Assembly (NCBI GenBank): GCA_000004985.1
Contig: GG738848.1
Reading direction: 5' to 3' (one strand)
Length of the DNA stretch: 64,000 nt
From: Naegleria gruberi
Lineage: Eukaryota
Shown here: positions 13,094-23,800 of the stretch, piece by piece
Layout of the letters: every line of letters begins with the position of its first letter
Position numbering within the stretch: the stretch's first letter is position 1
Notes under the pieces: generated by a model
What the model saw: only the letters and a program-made list of their open reading frames with translations
Told to the model about the DNA's origin: nothing
Databases searched by the model: none
Program-made: the position numbers and the translations under genes

Positions 13094-13397
13094 ACATTAT
13101 TAATAATAATAAAATGACAATATTTTGAGATCCAAAAAAACTGTAGATGATTATGGAGGTGAAATATTTCACATTCATATCGCCGTTGATCTATTTCTTA
13201 CTACTCTCCAATGACGGCTACACGAGTAGTGAAAGCTTCAAAATAAACTGTTTTTTGTAATCTCTATCTCCTCAGCATCCAACAACAGTAACGACCAACA
13301 AGAGTGAAGATCCATATAGACAACGCGGAGTAGCTGTTAATACAGCGTTTTGATGTGAATGAACCAAACCCATTAGAAAAAACAACTTGAAAAAAAA

Positions 13398-15426
13398 ATG
13401 TTCAAGAAGATCAACACTCCACAACTCATCAACAAGACCGCTTCCACTGGTGCTCGTTTGTTCTCTACCAAGATGAACAAGCAAAGTGTCAAGAAGGTAC
13501 CAATGATCATCAATGGTGAAAAGAGAATTTCCCAATCCAAGGAATGGTACGAAATTCACAATCCAGCCACCAATGAAGTCATTGCTATGGTCCCACAATC
13601 AACTGATGCTGAAATGGCTGAAGCTGTTCAAAACTCAAAGCAAGCCTTTGGTGAATGGAGAGATTGGAGTGTTTCTCGTAGAGTTAGAGTCTTGTACAAA
13701 CTCAGACAAATGCTCGAAGATAATACTCAAGAATTGGCTCAAATGATCACTGAAGAACAAGGTAAAACTTTGAAGGATGCTGAAGGAGACATTTTCCGTG
13801 GTATTGAAGTTGTTGAACATGCCTGCAATATGTCTGTTCTCCAAATGGGTGATACTACTGAAAACATTGCCAAGCACATTGATATTTACAGTTATAAGCA
13901 ACCTTTGGGTGTTACTGCTGGTATTTGTCCATTCAACTTCCCGTAAGTGTTTTTATTCACCATGTGTTTTAATTCTTATTCTAATATCCAATGATGATGA
14001 TGATTTGTAAATTTTAAATTATTATAATTTAACGAATTGATGATGATCAAATATGCATTATGCAAACAATTAAAATGCATTATCAAATAATGATCTATCT
14101 GATGATGATCCTATTTCTATTTGGCTTGTTTGGTGATTCTTTCCCTTCATCATCATGACCAAATATATTTTCATCATGATGCTAACCGACAAAATATTGG
14201 ACCGATAATATTATCTCCTTGATGATTCACACTATTATCTATATTTGTGTATAATTATTATCCATCCAACAAACAATTATTTGTTGTTAAATAATAATAA
14301 TTTTAACACACACTTGTTGATCAACAACAAATTCACACAACAATCAATATCATCATCATCCTGCTTGTGAATACATAATAATAGAGCCATGATTCCATTG
14401 TGGATGTTCCCAATGGCTGTTGCTACTGGTAATACTATGGTTTTGAAGCCATCTGAACGTGACCCAACTACTGGTGTCAGAATTGTTGAAATGGCTTTGG
14501 AAGCTGGTTTGCCAAAGGGTGTTGTCAACGTTATTCATGGTAAGAAGCAAACTGTTGACTTTATCTGTGATGCTCCAGATATCAAGGCCATCTCATTCGT
14601 TGGTGGTAACACTGCTGGTGAATACATTTATGCTCGTGGTACTGGTAATGGTAAACGTGTCCAAGCTAACTTGGGTGCCAAGAATCATGCTGTCGTTTTG
14701 CCAGATGCTAGAAAGGAAGATACTATTAATGCCTTGTGTGGTGCTGCTTTTGGCGCTGCTGGTCAAAGATGTATGGCTTTAACTACTGCCATTTTGGTTG
14801 GTGAAGCTAAGGCATGGCTTCCAGAAATTGTTGCCAAGGCCAAGACTTATAAGGTTAATGTTGGTTCTGATCCAACTGCTGATGTTGGTCCATTGATTTC
14901 ACCTCAATCCAAGACTCGTGTTGAAAGCTTGATTGCTTCTGCTCAAAAGGAAGGTGCCAAGATTGATTTGGATGGTCGTGGTGTCGTTGTTAAGGGTTAT
15001 GAAACTGGTAACTTTGTTGGTCCAACCATCATTTCAGGTGTTAAGAATGTTCACACTTGTTATAAGGAAGAAATCTTTGGTCCAGTTATGCTCATCATGA
15101 CTGCTGAAAATTTGGATGAAGCTATTCAAATTATCAACTCTAATCCATACGGTAATGGTACTGCCATCTTTACTAGATCTGGTCCAGCTGCTCGTAAATT
15201 CCAATTCGAAGTTGATGCTGGTCAAATTGGTATTAACTTGCCAATTCCAGTTCCTCCACCATTCTTCTCATTCACTGGTTCAAGAGCTTCAATTAGAGGT
15301 GATTTGAACTTCTATGGTAAGGGTGCTGTTCAATTCTACACTCAAACTAAGACTATCATGTCTAACTGGAGAGAAGATGAAAGTGGTATGAGCTTTGGTA
15401 CTGTCATGCCAACTTATAAGAAGTAA
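13398..15426 (+). CDS. Methylmalonate-semialdehyde dehydrogenase (ALDH6 family), mitochondrial; exons 13398..13942 and 14385..15426
   Basis: ATG verified. mTP-like N-terminus. Exon 1 ends ...GICPFNFP with donor gtaagtg (phase 2); acceptor aataatag|AGCCATGATTCC restores ...[15 protein letters not shown] motifs throughout; C-terminus [20 protein letters not shown] is typical of MMSDH. TAA stop. Confidence 0.9.
13943..14384 (+). other. Unusually long (442-nt) intron of the MMSDH gene, rich in TGATGA/TCATCA motifs in both orientations
   Basis: GT...AG bounded. Repeated aatgatgatgatgat / ttgatgatgatc / ctgatgatgatcc / cttcatcatcatgacc / atcatcatcatcc units. Every other intron in the window is 43-176 nt. 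Confidence 0.6.
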
Positions 15427-15517
15427 ATTAATGTAAATTAGAAAGAATGCGGATTATTTATTAAATTATATCAATTTCATTGTAATTATATTTTCAATTA
15501 TTTTGTTGGTCATCAAT

Positions 15518-15534
15518 GAGCCTTGTCCGAAAAC
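15518..15534 (+). repeat. Left terminal inverted repeat of the Harbinger element
   Basis: GAGCCTTGTCCGAAAAC is the exact reverse complement of 17685..17701. Confidence 0.7.
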
Positions 15535-15598
15535 ACTATTTTCTCTAATTTTTTCGAAATAAACAACTTGCGATTCTTTTTGACTTTCGAAAAGTTTT

Positions 15599-16615
15599 TT
15601 ATTTAAATAACACTGTTGGAAGTTCCTTTCGCACAGGTTGGAAATCGAGTGACAAGTTTGCGAATTTAGCACACACTCTTACAATTCGTTGATGTTTCCA
15701 AAGCGCGCCTCTGTATGTTTGCTTTAAAATTGCGAACTTTTTGATTCTTCCAATAATCTGTTCAACAACAACTCTTCCTTTACCTAAGACTTTGTTGTAA
15801 ATTTCGCTTTTTGCCGAAAGTTGTTCACCTTTTGGTGCTTTGTCAGGAGAAATACAAAATTCTGCGTTTTGATAAGCTTTGTCGCCTAATACTCTTTCAT
15901 TTTCAGAGAAATGCTCTTTGTTCGTTTGTAACCATTCATCCCACATCTTCTTATCGTGCTTTCTTCCTGGGAACGCATGCGAAATGTTTGCAATTTTTCC
16001 TGTTACTAAAGTAGTCACAACTTGATATTTGAGTGCATGCATTCTCTTTTTGTAAGAATAATACATTTTTTGCTTTTTCCACAAACCTCTTTTTTGCTCA
16101 CGTGACAACCCTTTCTTTTTTCTTCCTGAAGGGTTTTGAATCCTACATTCCATTCCATCAACAACAGCACGAACACGTTGAAAAACACCACTTGCGCCTT
16201 GATTTTCTTCTTTCAACCGTTCCTCTAACTTTAACTCAGGTAATTTTTCATCAACAATTTCTAAAGTTTTGTCAATATTTTCGAAATAACTTGATCTTGA
16301 TACATTCCAGTAAACATTATGAACCAAACTTTTAGGATAACAATTTAAATATTCCATAAAAATAAGAAACCACATTGGTTTAATATCATCAACTAAGTAA
16401 TCATCGTACACACGTTGTAGAATCCATGGCTTGAAGCCAAATGATGCAATAAATGACTTCACGTTGCCAACACGAAAACGAGCTTTGTACTCTTGAAATA
16501 AAGATCGCATTTTTTCGAAAGTACTTTCGAAATTAATTTCGTTCACTTTCTCATTTTCGAAACTAAAAAAAAAATGGCAAAGAAGAAACAAGCTGTAAAG
16601 GAACCATCTTCGCAA
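15599..16615 (-). CDS. Harbinger/PIF DDE transposase (DDE_Tnp_4 family)
   Basis: Conserved blocks ...VVDGMECRIQNPSG..., ...VLGDKAYQNAEFCI... and ...KGRVVVEQIIGRIKKFAILKQ... The tool's start at 16615 is TTG. The first in-frame ATG (MRSLFQEYKARF...) lies about 105 nt downstream, near 16510, and is the likelier start. TAA stop at 15599. Confidence 0.75.
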   Translation of the reverse strand: MRRWFLYSLFLLCHFFFSFENEKVNEINFESTFEKMRSLFQEYKARFRVGNVKSFIASFGFKPWILQRVYDDYLVDDIKPMWFLIFMEYLNCYPKSLVHNVYWNVSRSSYFENIDKTLEIVDEKLPELKLEERLKEENQGASGVFQRVRAVVDGMECRIQNPSGRKKKGLSREQKRGLWKKQKMYYSYKKRMHALKYQVVTTLVTGKIANISHAFPGRKHDKKMWDEWLQTNKEHFSENERVLGDKAYQNAEFCISPDKAPKGEQLSAKSEIYNKVLGKGRVVVEQIIGRIKKFAILKQTYRGALWKHQRIVRVCAKFANLSLDFQPVRKELPTVLFK

Positions 16616-17569
16616 GAAGATGAAGAAGAAAAACCTAAGAAAGCAACCAAAAGATTTAGAGAAGAGGATTATGCTAAATTACAAAAGTATTACTCTGAAC
16701 ATTACGATACTAAAGAGGGAAATCAAGAAGATGTCTTCCGTTCGTTTGGCAAGTTGCATGGTTATTCCGTATCGCAAGTTCAACGTGCACATTACAGAAA
16801 ACAAAAAAAAAGTAATAACAAAAAGAAGAAAAGCAAAACTTCTGATAATGTAGAAAAACAAGAATTTGAGGACAGATTCACAATTTATGCACAAGAAATG
16901 GATGATGAAGAAAATAAGAAGAAGAAAAGAAAAACCGACACCAATCATGAACCGAAAGCAGATGATGAAGATAGCGAACATTCATACGAGACTGAGTCAT
17001 ATGAAACCGATTATTTATCCGATGAAATGATTGTGCGCACACCTTCGAAATTAACAAAAACAGTCAATATCAACGATGAGACAACATCTTTATTTCGTCC
17101 CTACAGATTCGAAAACGCTTCCTATTGTTTTTTTGTCTACAGATACCCAACTTGGACCTCTTTTCTGTTCGATGGTATTGACATGTCAAAGAAAGTGAAG
17201 ACATTTTCCATCATTGTTACAATTCATTCAAGCATTGACAAGAAAGTAATTTCTGATTCTTTCCCGAATTTCGCAAGTGGTTTGGTAGAATTAACTGAAA
17301 GAAAGGATGAAAAATTCACAATTTACGAACCGATTCCGAAAGGTGTTGATGTTAAATCTGTGAAAAGTGGTCTATTCGAATTGCAATTACTAATTGGTGA
17401 TAACAGAGTGTTCATGGTGTTCTTTGAAAAGAAAGTACAAAAGTTCCAACCATCCACAAGTCAAGCTGAGTTTTCGAAATTCTTACTCTCTTCCGGGATG
17501 GCACCAGTTTCTGCCAGAAGTAACACTTTCAGTGCGCCAACACAAGACAAGAAGGATTCTCAAAAGTGA
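16574..17569 (+). CDS. Harbinger second ORF, putative Myb/SANT-like DNA-binding partner protein (331 aa)
   Basis: Divergent to the transposase inside the same TIR-bounded element. Basic/acidic, with N-terminal segment KATKRFREEDYAKLQKYYSEHY...FRSFGKLHGYSVSQVQRAHYRKQKK loosely resembling a Myb-like helix-turn-helix. Harbinger elements canonically encode such a second protein. Confidence 0.5.
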   Translation: MAKKKQAVKEPSSQEDEEEKPKKATKRFREEDYAKLQKYYSEHYDTKEGNQEDVFRSFGKLHGYSVSQVQRAHYRKQKKSNNKKKKSKTSDNVEKQEFEDRFTIYAQEMDDEENKKKKRKTDTNHEPKADDEDSEHSYETESYETDYLSDEMIVRTPSKLTKTVNINDETTSLFRPYRFENASYCFFVYRYPTWTSFLFDGIDMSKKVKTFSIIVTIHSSIDKKVISDSFPNFASGLVELTERKDEKFTIYEPIPKGVDVKSVKSGLFELQLLIGDNRVFMVFFEKKVQKFQPSTSQAEFSKFLLSSGMAPVSARSNTFSAPTQDKKDSQK

Positions 17570-17684
17570 CAGAAAGCGAAAAGAGCGACAAAGAAGAAGA
17601 ACAACAAGATCAACCATAAAGCGGCTTTATTAAATGCGTGTACTTTCGATTTTACATATTTACCACGAAAATTCGAAAAAACAG

Positions 17685-17701
17685 GTTTTCGGACAAGGCT
17701 C
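17685..17701 (-). repeat. Right terminal inverted repeat of the Harbinger element
   Basis: GTTTTCGGACAAGGCTC is the exact reverse complement of the left TIR and is followed by AAT, matching the left flank. Confidence 0.7.
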
Positions 17702-17923
17702 AATATCTAGATATTGAATTATAAAACCAAATGGAATCTAATTATTATTCAGATAGTCTCACAGATAAATGATAAATAATAAATATTATTAAACATTCAG
17801 AATCTTGTTAAATAAGCCATATCCTAATCTATTGAGGATGAAAAGAGCACATGAAAGGAGCAAAAATTCCTCACAAGGATGAACCTTTTACAAATACTGA
17901 TAATTGACACTTAACAAAAATCA

Positions 17924-18328
17924 TTGAAAAAAAAAATGTCAACAACAATAGATAGAAGACAAGAACTCGCTGCCAAGGAATCCAGGGCATCAAAGGAAGA
18001 AATTGATACTCTCAAAACTCTCTTTGACAAGCATGACACTAATCATGATGGTAAACTTGACAAGAATGAATTAAAAATTCTCATGAAAACTTTTAATGAA
18101 GAAATGACAATGGCCGATATTGAAGATATGATCAAACAGGCTGATTGGGATGAAGATGGTCACATTGACTGGGAAGAGGTTTGTGTTTATTTTATTCGAA
18201 TGGTTTATTCTAATTATTGTTTCGAATAATAACAAATAACAATAACAAATAATATTTTAACATTGGATAACTATTAAAACATCATCATCATCATGGAAAT
18301 ATAGTTCAAATATCAAATGTTGGATTAA
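17924..18328 (+). CDS. Small EF-hand calcium-binding protein (about 92 aa, probably 2 exons)
   Basis: Two EF loops (DTNHDGKLDKNE and DWDEDGHIDWEE). Tool ORF ends at 18229. A likelier model splices after ...DWEE (donor gtttgt at about 18179) to acceptor atatag|TTCAAATATCAAATGTTGGATTAA, giving the canonical ...EEFKYQMLD* helix. The alternative is read-through to 18229. Confidence 0.5.
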
Positions 18329-18407
18329 TTGTAAATAAAATTGTAAGATATTGAAAAATATCAAAAATTCATCTCACAAAATTTATTTAAACCTAAAAAA
18401 CACAAAA

Positions 18408-20210
18408 TTAACATAACTGAAGACACTCCTTTTCAATACAATTCAAAATATCATCTTTCCATTGTATAGCTTCTTCCTCATTTTTGAATCGAATGCAAAG
18501 TTTAGTTTGTTTACATTCGAAATCACCTCTAATGAAAACTAATTCACTACTTTTAGGAGATTCTGATCTGATAGAATGCATAGGAAGTCCATGTCTATTA
18601 ATTTCATCTAGATGGAATTTTAACACTTTCATTTTGAACCATCTGTATTTCCTTGGATATTTAATTAGAAACATGTCATGGAAAAGGAATAATTGACATG
18701 GTGTGATATTTCCGCAATCTCTGATACGTTCTGCCATGAAATAGGAATGGATTACTTTACGTTTGTGAGTTACTAGACCATCCAGTGCTAAATTCTTTGA
18801 AATATCTAGTAATTGTCCTAAATCATTCGAAACTTCCAATTTGGATTTGGAATACTTGTTCAAATCTCGAAGAATTATCACTGATTGACCTAATTTCGCA
18901 TAATTCTCCAAACCAATATAGAATTTGTCAGAAGATTTCAATACCTTTTCACAGAGAGCTGAAATCTTTTCAACAAATTGATTTGGAATTGAGAGAAAGG
19001 ATTCGAATTTCCAAAATATTGTCTTTCTTTCGACTAGTTCCTTTTCTACCTTTCTAATGGCTTGTTTCAACTCTGAAGATTTTCTCTTTTCACTCTTGAA
19101 CACTTGAATGATAGAGAAATATTGATCAAAATAGGAAATGTAATTGGATTGAGTCAATTCGAATAATTGGTGAACTAATTGAATGAAAAATTGTTCCTCT
19201 CCCACCAGAATAATTCCATTCCTTGATAATAACGTCGAAAGCTCACTAATCACCTTTGCATTCTGCTCTGAAATTACCTTTAAATGATCAAATGCCACAT
19301 GTCTTTTCAAACTCACTTCATCACTCACATTTTCAATAACCTTAATGTAATTTTCTTGGAAAATCTGAAGTAATAACTGATACTCTTTCAAGGAACATAG
19401 AAACTGTTTGTAAAGATACTGTCTCTTGTCAAGTAGAACTAGAGAATCCTTGGATGATTTTTGTAAAGTCAACTCGACAGGTTTTGGAGGTGGAATTGGA
19501 ATTGCATTTCGATCCAGAATTTGAGATCTGGAAGAATCTAGTTTGATTTCGGATAATTCTTCAGAAGAAGATCTGATAGTGTCCAATGAAGTGGAAATTT
19601 CACTCACTTCGTCCAATGTTGAGCTTCGAATAGATGAATTTTTGGAACTCAAAGATTGAGAGGAAAGTGGACTAATTATTGATGATGAGGAAGATGCATG
19701 TTTGAGAGATGATGAACTTCCGGTAGAATCTTCATTAATTGGAAAGGAAGAAAGCTTTCTCACTAGATTCGAATCAAGTTTTGGAATTGAATTATTCGAA
19801 TTTTCTTGAATTCCTGCAACTCGAACAATGGAAGATTGATTATTCGAAAGCAAACCTTGCATACTTGATAATAGACTTTCGGAATGTTTCTCAAACAATA
19901 CCTTGTTAAGCAAATTTTCCTTCATTTCCCAAACTTGCTTTTCTAATAACAATATTCGATTCTTTTCCTTCTCAATTTCTAATAACTTTTCAAAGTTATT
20001 ATTTGATTTATCCATTCCATAGTTATGATTCTGGTAATACTTGAACGAATCAAACTGACTTGAAGACGAATTAGATTTGACTAGTGTAATTTTAGGAGAA
20101 TCTATTCGATAGTCACTTGTCTTTCCTTCTCCCTTTCCGAAATCCTGTTGTTTATTCTCCATTCTTCTAAGATCTACTCCCGAGAGCACTCTTTTGTTTT
20201 GAAAATTCAT
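18408..20210 (-). CDS. RhoGEF-like protein (DH domain followed by PH-like domain), Ser-rich/coiled-coil N-terminus
   Basis: Tool start at 20225 is TTG, preceded in frame by TAG. First ATG (MNFQNKRVLSG...) is at about 20210. Central helical bundle consistent with a Dbl-homology domain, followed by ...CQLFLFHDMFLIKYPRK...LVFIRGDFECKQTKLCIRFKNEEEAIQWKDDI, a typical PH-domain C-terminal strand/helix pattern. TAA stop at 18408. Confidence 0.55.
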   Translation of the reverse strand: MNFQNKRVLSGVDLRRMENKQQDFGKGEGKTSDYRIDSPKITLVKSNSSSSQFDSFKYYQNHNYGMDKSNNNFEKLLEIEKEKNRILLLEKQVWEMKENLLNKVLFEKHSESLLSSMQGLLSNNQSSIVRVAGIQENSNNSIPKLDSNLVRKLSSFPINEDSTGSSSSLKHASSSSSIISPLSSQSLSSKNSSIRSSTLDEVSEISTSLDTIRSSSEELSEIKLDSSRSQILDRNAIPIPPPKPVELTLQKSSKDSLVLLDKRQYLYKQFLCSLKEYQLLLQIFQENYIKVIENVSDEVSLKRHVAFDHLKVISEQNAKVISELSTLLSRNGIILVGEEQFFIQLVHQLFELTQSNYISYFDQYFSIIQVFKSEKRKSSELKQAIRKVEKELVERKTIFWKFESFLSIPNQFVEKISALCEKVLKSSDKFYIGLENYAKLGQSVIILRDLNKYSKSKLEVSNDLGQLLDISKNLALDGLVTHKRKVIHSYFMAERIRDCGNITPCQLFLFHDMFLIKYPRKYRWFKMKVLKFHLDEINRHGLPMHSIRSESPKSSELVFIRGDFECKQTKLCIRFKNEEEAIQWKDDILNCIEKECLQLC

Positions 20211-20849
20211 TCTTCCTTTCCACAATGAAAACTAAACCTATTCGAAAAGATATCCTAATTTGAATATTGTTTCAAATAAAATCATTTACAATAATTAATC
20301 TAAAACCTTACTAGTAATATCAGCGTTTCGTTCAGTCGTTCATAAGGAAAAATTTATGTAAATTTTATCAACTTTCGAACCAAATGTCTGAAATTTCTTT
20401 TTATGAAAATCACGACGTTTGGTTGTGTAGACTGTTTAGGATAAAAATTAAGGTGATTCGAATGGACAGTGGTTCCAATTCATAGTTTAAATATCCCACT
20501 AAACGTTCGATATTCATGATTAGAACTTTCAAATAGTTTTGTTTCCATTAATAGTTAGGACCAAGTTGCCGTCATGAAACAACATTAACCCGTTATCAGT
20601 TTACTGTAGTTTATAATCCAAACGAAAACAGATTAATAATAAACGAAAACAGTTTAACATTGAAATATTGTTGCTTAGATTCTCCATCATCATTTGCCAC
20701 TTGTCTTTCCTTTTTTAAAGAAACAGAGAGCTGAAAGGAGTGAAACAGCCTTAAAGATTATATTTAATGTATGAGCAAGAATAACACAATAGAACAACAC
20801 ATATCATTTTGATTGTTTTAAGGTAATAGAAATTTATCTTTAATTGAGT

Positions 20850-23800
20850 TTATTCATCTTGAGGCTTTTTCACTTTTGCTTCAGTTTTTGATTTAACATT
20901 AACAACATGCTCACTTTCATCATCCACATTTGGCATATCTGGACGATCCTTCTTCTTCCTATTTACATAAACAGGACGTCCATAGATAATTTCTGATAAT
21001 ACTCTAATGACTCTGTCCAAGGATTTCATGAATGGATGACGGAATAAACTGCCAAGGATTTTAAGGAACTTTTGATATTTGTAGGTTTGGATGAAATAGG
21101 AATCGAATACGGAATTCAAAGTTTCCTTTCTCCAACAATCATATAGAGCTTGATAGTTTTGAGCCCATTGAATTCCAAAGTCATCGAGTAATGTCTTGAT
21201 TGAGGAATCCATATATGGATGATAGAATGTTGATTCCTTAAAACATTTCTCAACTATCAAACTTGAACGGATCTTTTTCAAATCCTTGACAATTTGCTCA
21301 ACTTCACGAGTTGCTGCATGTTTGGTGGAAAATCCATTTTCAGCTTTCAAAAGTTTGATGTTTTTGTGTTTGTACAAGTCAATGAGGAAAGAATTCAATT
21401 TGGAAAATTCCAAATCTTGAAGTGGAATAGTTGTCTTGTTAAGACAAATGTTGTGGTTGAGTGTTTGGAGGAAGTGATCAACACTCTTGTAATGACCATC
21501 CATGTTACCACTGAGAGCAGCGAAGGATGAAATGGAAAGGTTGTTTCTAATACAGTGGGATGATAAGTGCTTGATGAGTGGAATATTGTGTAAATCAGAT
21601 TCGAATTCACTTTCGTCCAAGACGAATTTCTTAGTGACTGGTTCATTCACTTGCTGTTCAGATTCAACTGGTTCAGTTTCTTCAACATCAAAAGATTCCC
21701 AATCGTCATCTCCACCTCCAACATTCTCTTCCTTGGTTTCATTTGAACTGTTAGCATTTGATTTCAATATTCTCAACTTTTTGAAATTTCCATGATTACT
21801 CAAAGGCAAATGAACATCCTCCAATTCATCTTGCTTATCTACAGCATAAACAGATGCAAAATTACTAAAGATAGAAAGTGCCATGTCGTTGTGAGATTTT
21901 ACATGCTCAGCCATTTCTCTGAAAATTGATCCCTCTTCCATATTTTCCTCTCCCAATTGAATGGTATGTTTCTTATTAAAATATGATCCCACAACACTTC
22001 TATACATTAAATAGGTGACTATCTTTAACAATAACAAATCTTGTTCAGTATCACTGTAAACTTGCTTAAACTGTTCAAAGAATTTGAATTTCACTAAATG
22101 TGGAATTGTGAATGCCTTCTCATTGAGATAGAATAAATGAGTTACCAATCCACTCAAACTCAAAGGTTCACAATTTCCATTCAAAAACTCAGTTTGGAAA
22201 AGGTACTCAGAATTGAAAAGGAATAAATGTTTCATCTGCTTGGCAGCTCTATCGACCAAATTCTTATCCAATGAGAAGAGAGGTTTATCTAACAATCTCT
22301 TGATTCCTTCCTCGATTGAGGAATTGTTTCCTTGTTGAGATAAACTGGAGAATAATCTGAGAGTGAAACTTGTTGGGAAACCTTGAGATCCATTGACAAG
22401 GACTGGAGGGGAGAGGAGGTATCTTCTTTGCAATGGAGTATTGAATCCACACAGAATGACTCTTCCCTTATTATCAAATCCTCTTCTACCAGCTCTACCA
22501 CAAGCTTGTTTGAATAAACTATTTGAATAGAAAGGTGAGAAACCACAAATTACTACAGTCTTACAAGGCATGTTAACACCCAAAGCTAAAGTTGAAGTGG
22601 AGAAAATAAGTGGAATATCTCCAATTCTAAACAATCTTTCAACTTCAATTTGATAATTTTCGTCCATAGCTGCATAGTGACATGCCAAACCAACTTTTAA
22701 TGCTCTAAAGTGTAGTTCTTCAACTTCAAAGTCACAGTTTCCCTCTTCAATGGATGAAACAAGTTGTGAGATTGTTTTTGGGATTTTCCCATCTTTCCAC
22801 AAGTTAGTTTGGTTAGTTTCTAAATAATTGACAAGATATTCTAAATAATCATTGATCAGAGTTCTGTTGAATGCAAAGGAAATAGAAGGGAGCATGTTTT
22901 CATTCTTCATTTGCATGACAAGGTTGATAATTTCCTCTTCGTGAAGCTTCTCTGATCTTTCGGTTGTTGAAATAAGCGATAAATGGTAAAAGTGTTGAAT
23001 AATCTTGCAGATATTATCATGATTATTATCGTCTTGTCCCTTTTCAATCAAATATTCATGAACCTTTCTTCTATAATTAATGGAATCTGCCCATTTGAAT
23101 GGTTCTAACAAATCTGATTTCAAACCAATCTGTACAATCTCTGTAAACCATGAAGGTATTTCCTTCTCTAAATATTGAGTCAATTCGAGGCATTCCTTCA
23201 TGGACATACCATTCAACAACTCCAATTCTTGTTTCAAATTATTTACATTTACCAAAGCCAAAGGATGGACATGGATACACTTGCCTTCATTATCGTTATT
23301 AAAATTATAATATTCCAAAGGATTGAAACGTTTGTAATCTTCAAGATGGACAGTTTCAACAATTTGTCTCTTTCCATGTTTCATCCATTCTGCCAATTCA
23401 TTTCTGTTATCCAAAGTTGCAGATAAACCAAGAATTGGGCAATCCAGGAATTGAATAATATGTTCATAGTATTGAGACTGATCACCATCAAAAGCTGAGT
23501 GGATTTCGTCGATAATTAAATACTTGATCCTTGATTTCCAATTATTTTCCTGACTGCTCATCAAATAAATTTCCAACATGGCAGGTGTGATAATTAATAC
23601 TTGAGAAGTGAATTCATTAATTCTCTTGGAAGCTGTTGCCATGCCTACAAGATTATTTCTTTCAAATCGACTGGAAATTTCACAATAAATTTGGTTGACC
23701 AATGCTTTGGTTGGAACAATGAAGCAAATAACATCTGTTGAAGATTCTCTCAATACTTTCTCGATTAAATAGAAGCAAATGAATGTTTTACCTTGTGAGG

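Larger units (their letters stand above)
15518..17701. mobile_element. Harbinger/PIF-superfamily DNA transposon, apparently intact (about 2.18 kb)
   Basis: 17-bp perfect terminal inverted repeats GAGCCTTGTCCGAAAAC (15518..15534) and GTTTTCGGACAAGGCTC (17685..17701). They are flanked by the identical 3-bp direct repeat AAT (15515..15517 and 17702..17704), a target-site duplication. Two divergently oriented ORFs lie inside: a DDE_Tnp_4 transposase and a second protein. Palindromic TTCGAA motifs are enriched subterminally and between the ORFs. Confidence 0.75.

Noticed and set aside
15599-16615. Taking tool ORF starts at face value
   Set aside because: Several 'M' starts are TTG or GTG (for example 16615, 20225, 27431, 33273, 33809, 38761, 40591, 44636, 46978). 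I moved starts to the first in-frame ATG with an A-rich context where identifiable.
20440-20500. tRNA-like fragment (gattcgaatgg ... ggttccaattc)
   Set aside because: No acceptor-stem complementarity, no anticodon-arm geometry, no GTTCGA-TCC T-loop in the right place. It is AT-rich intergenic sequence.
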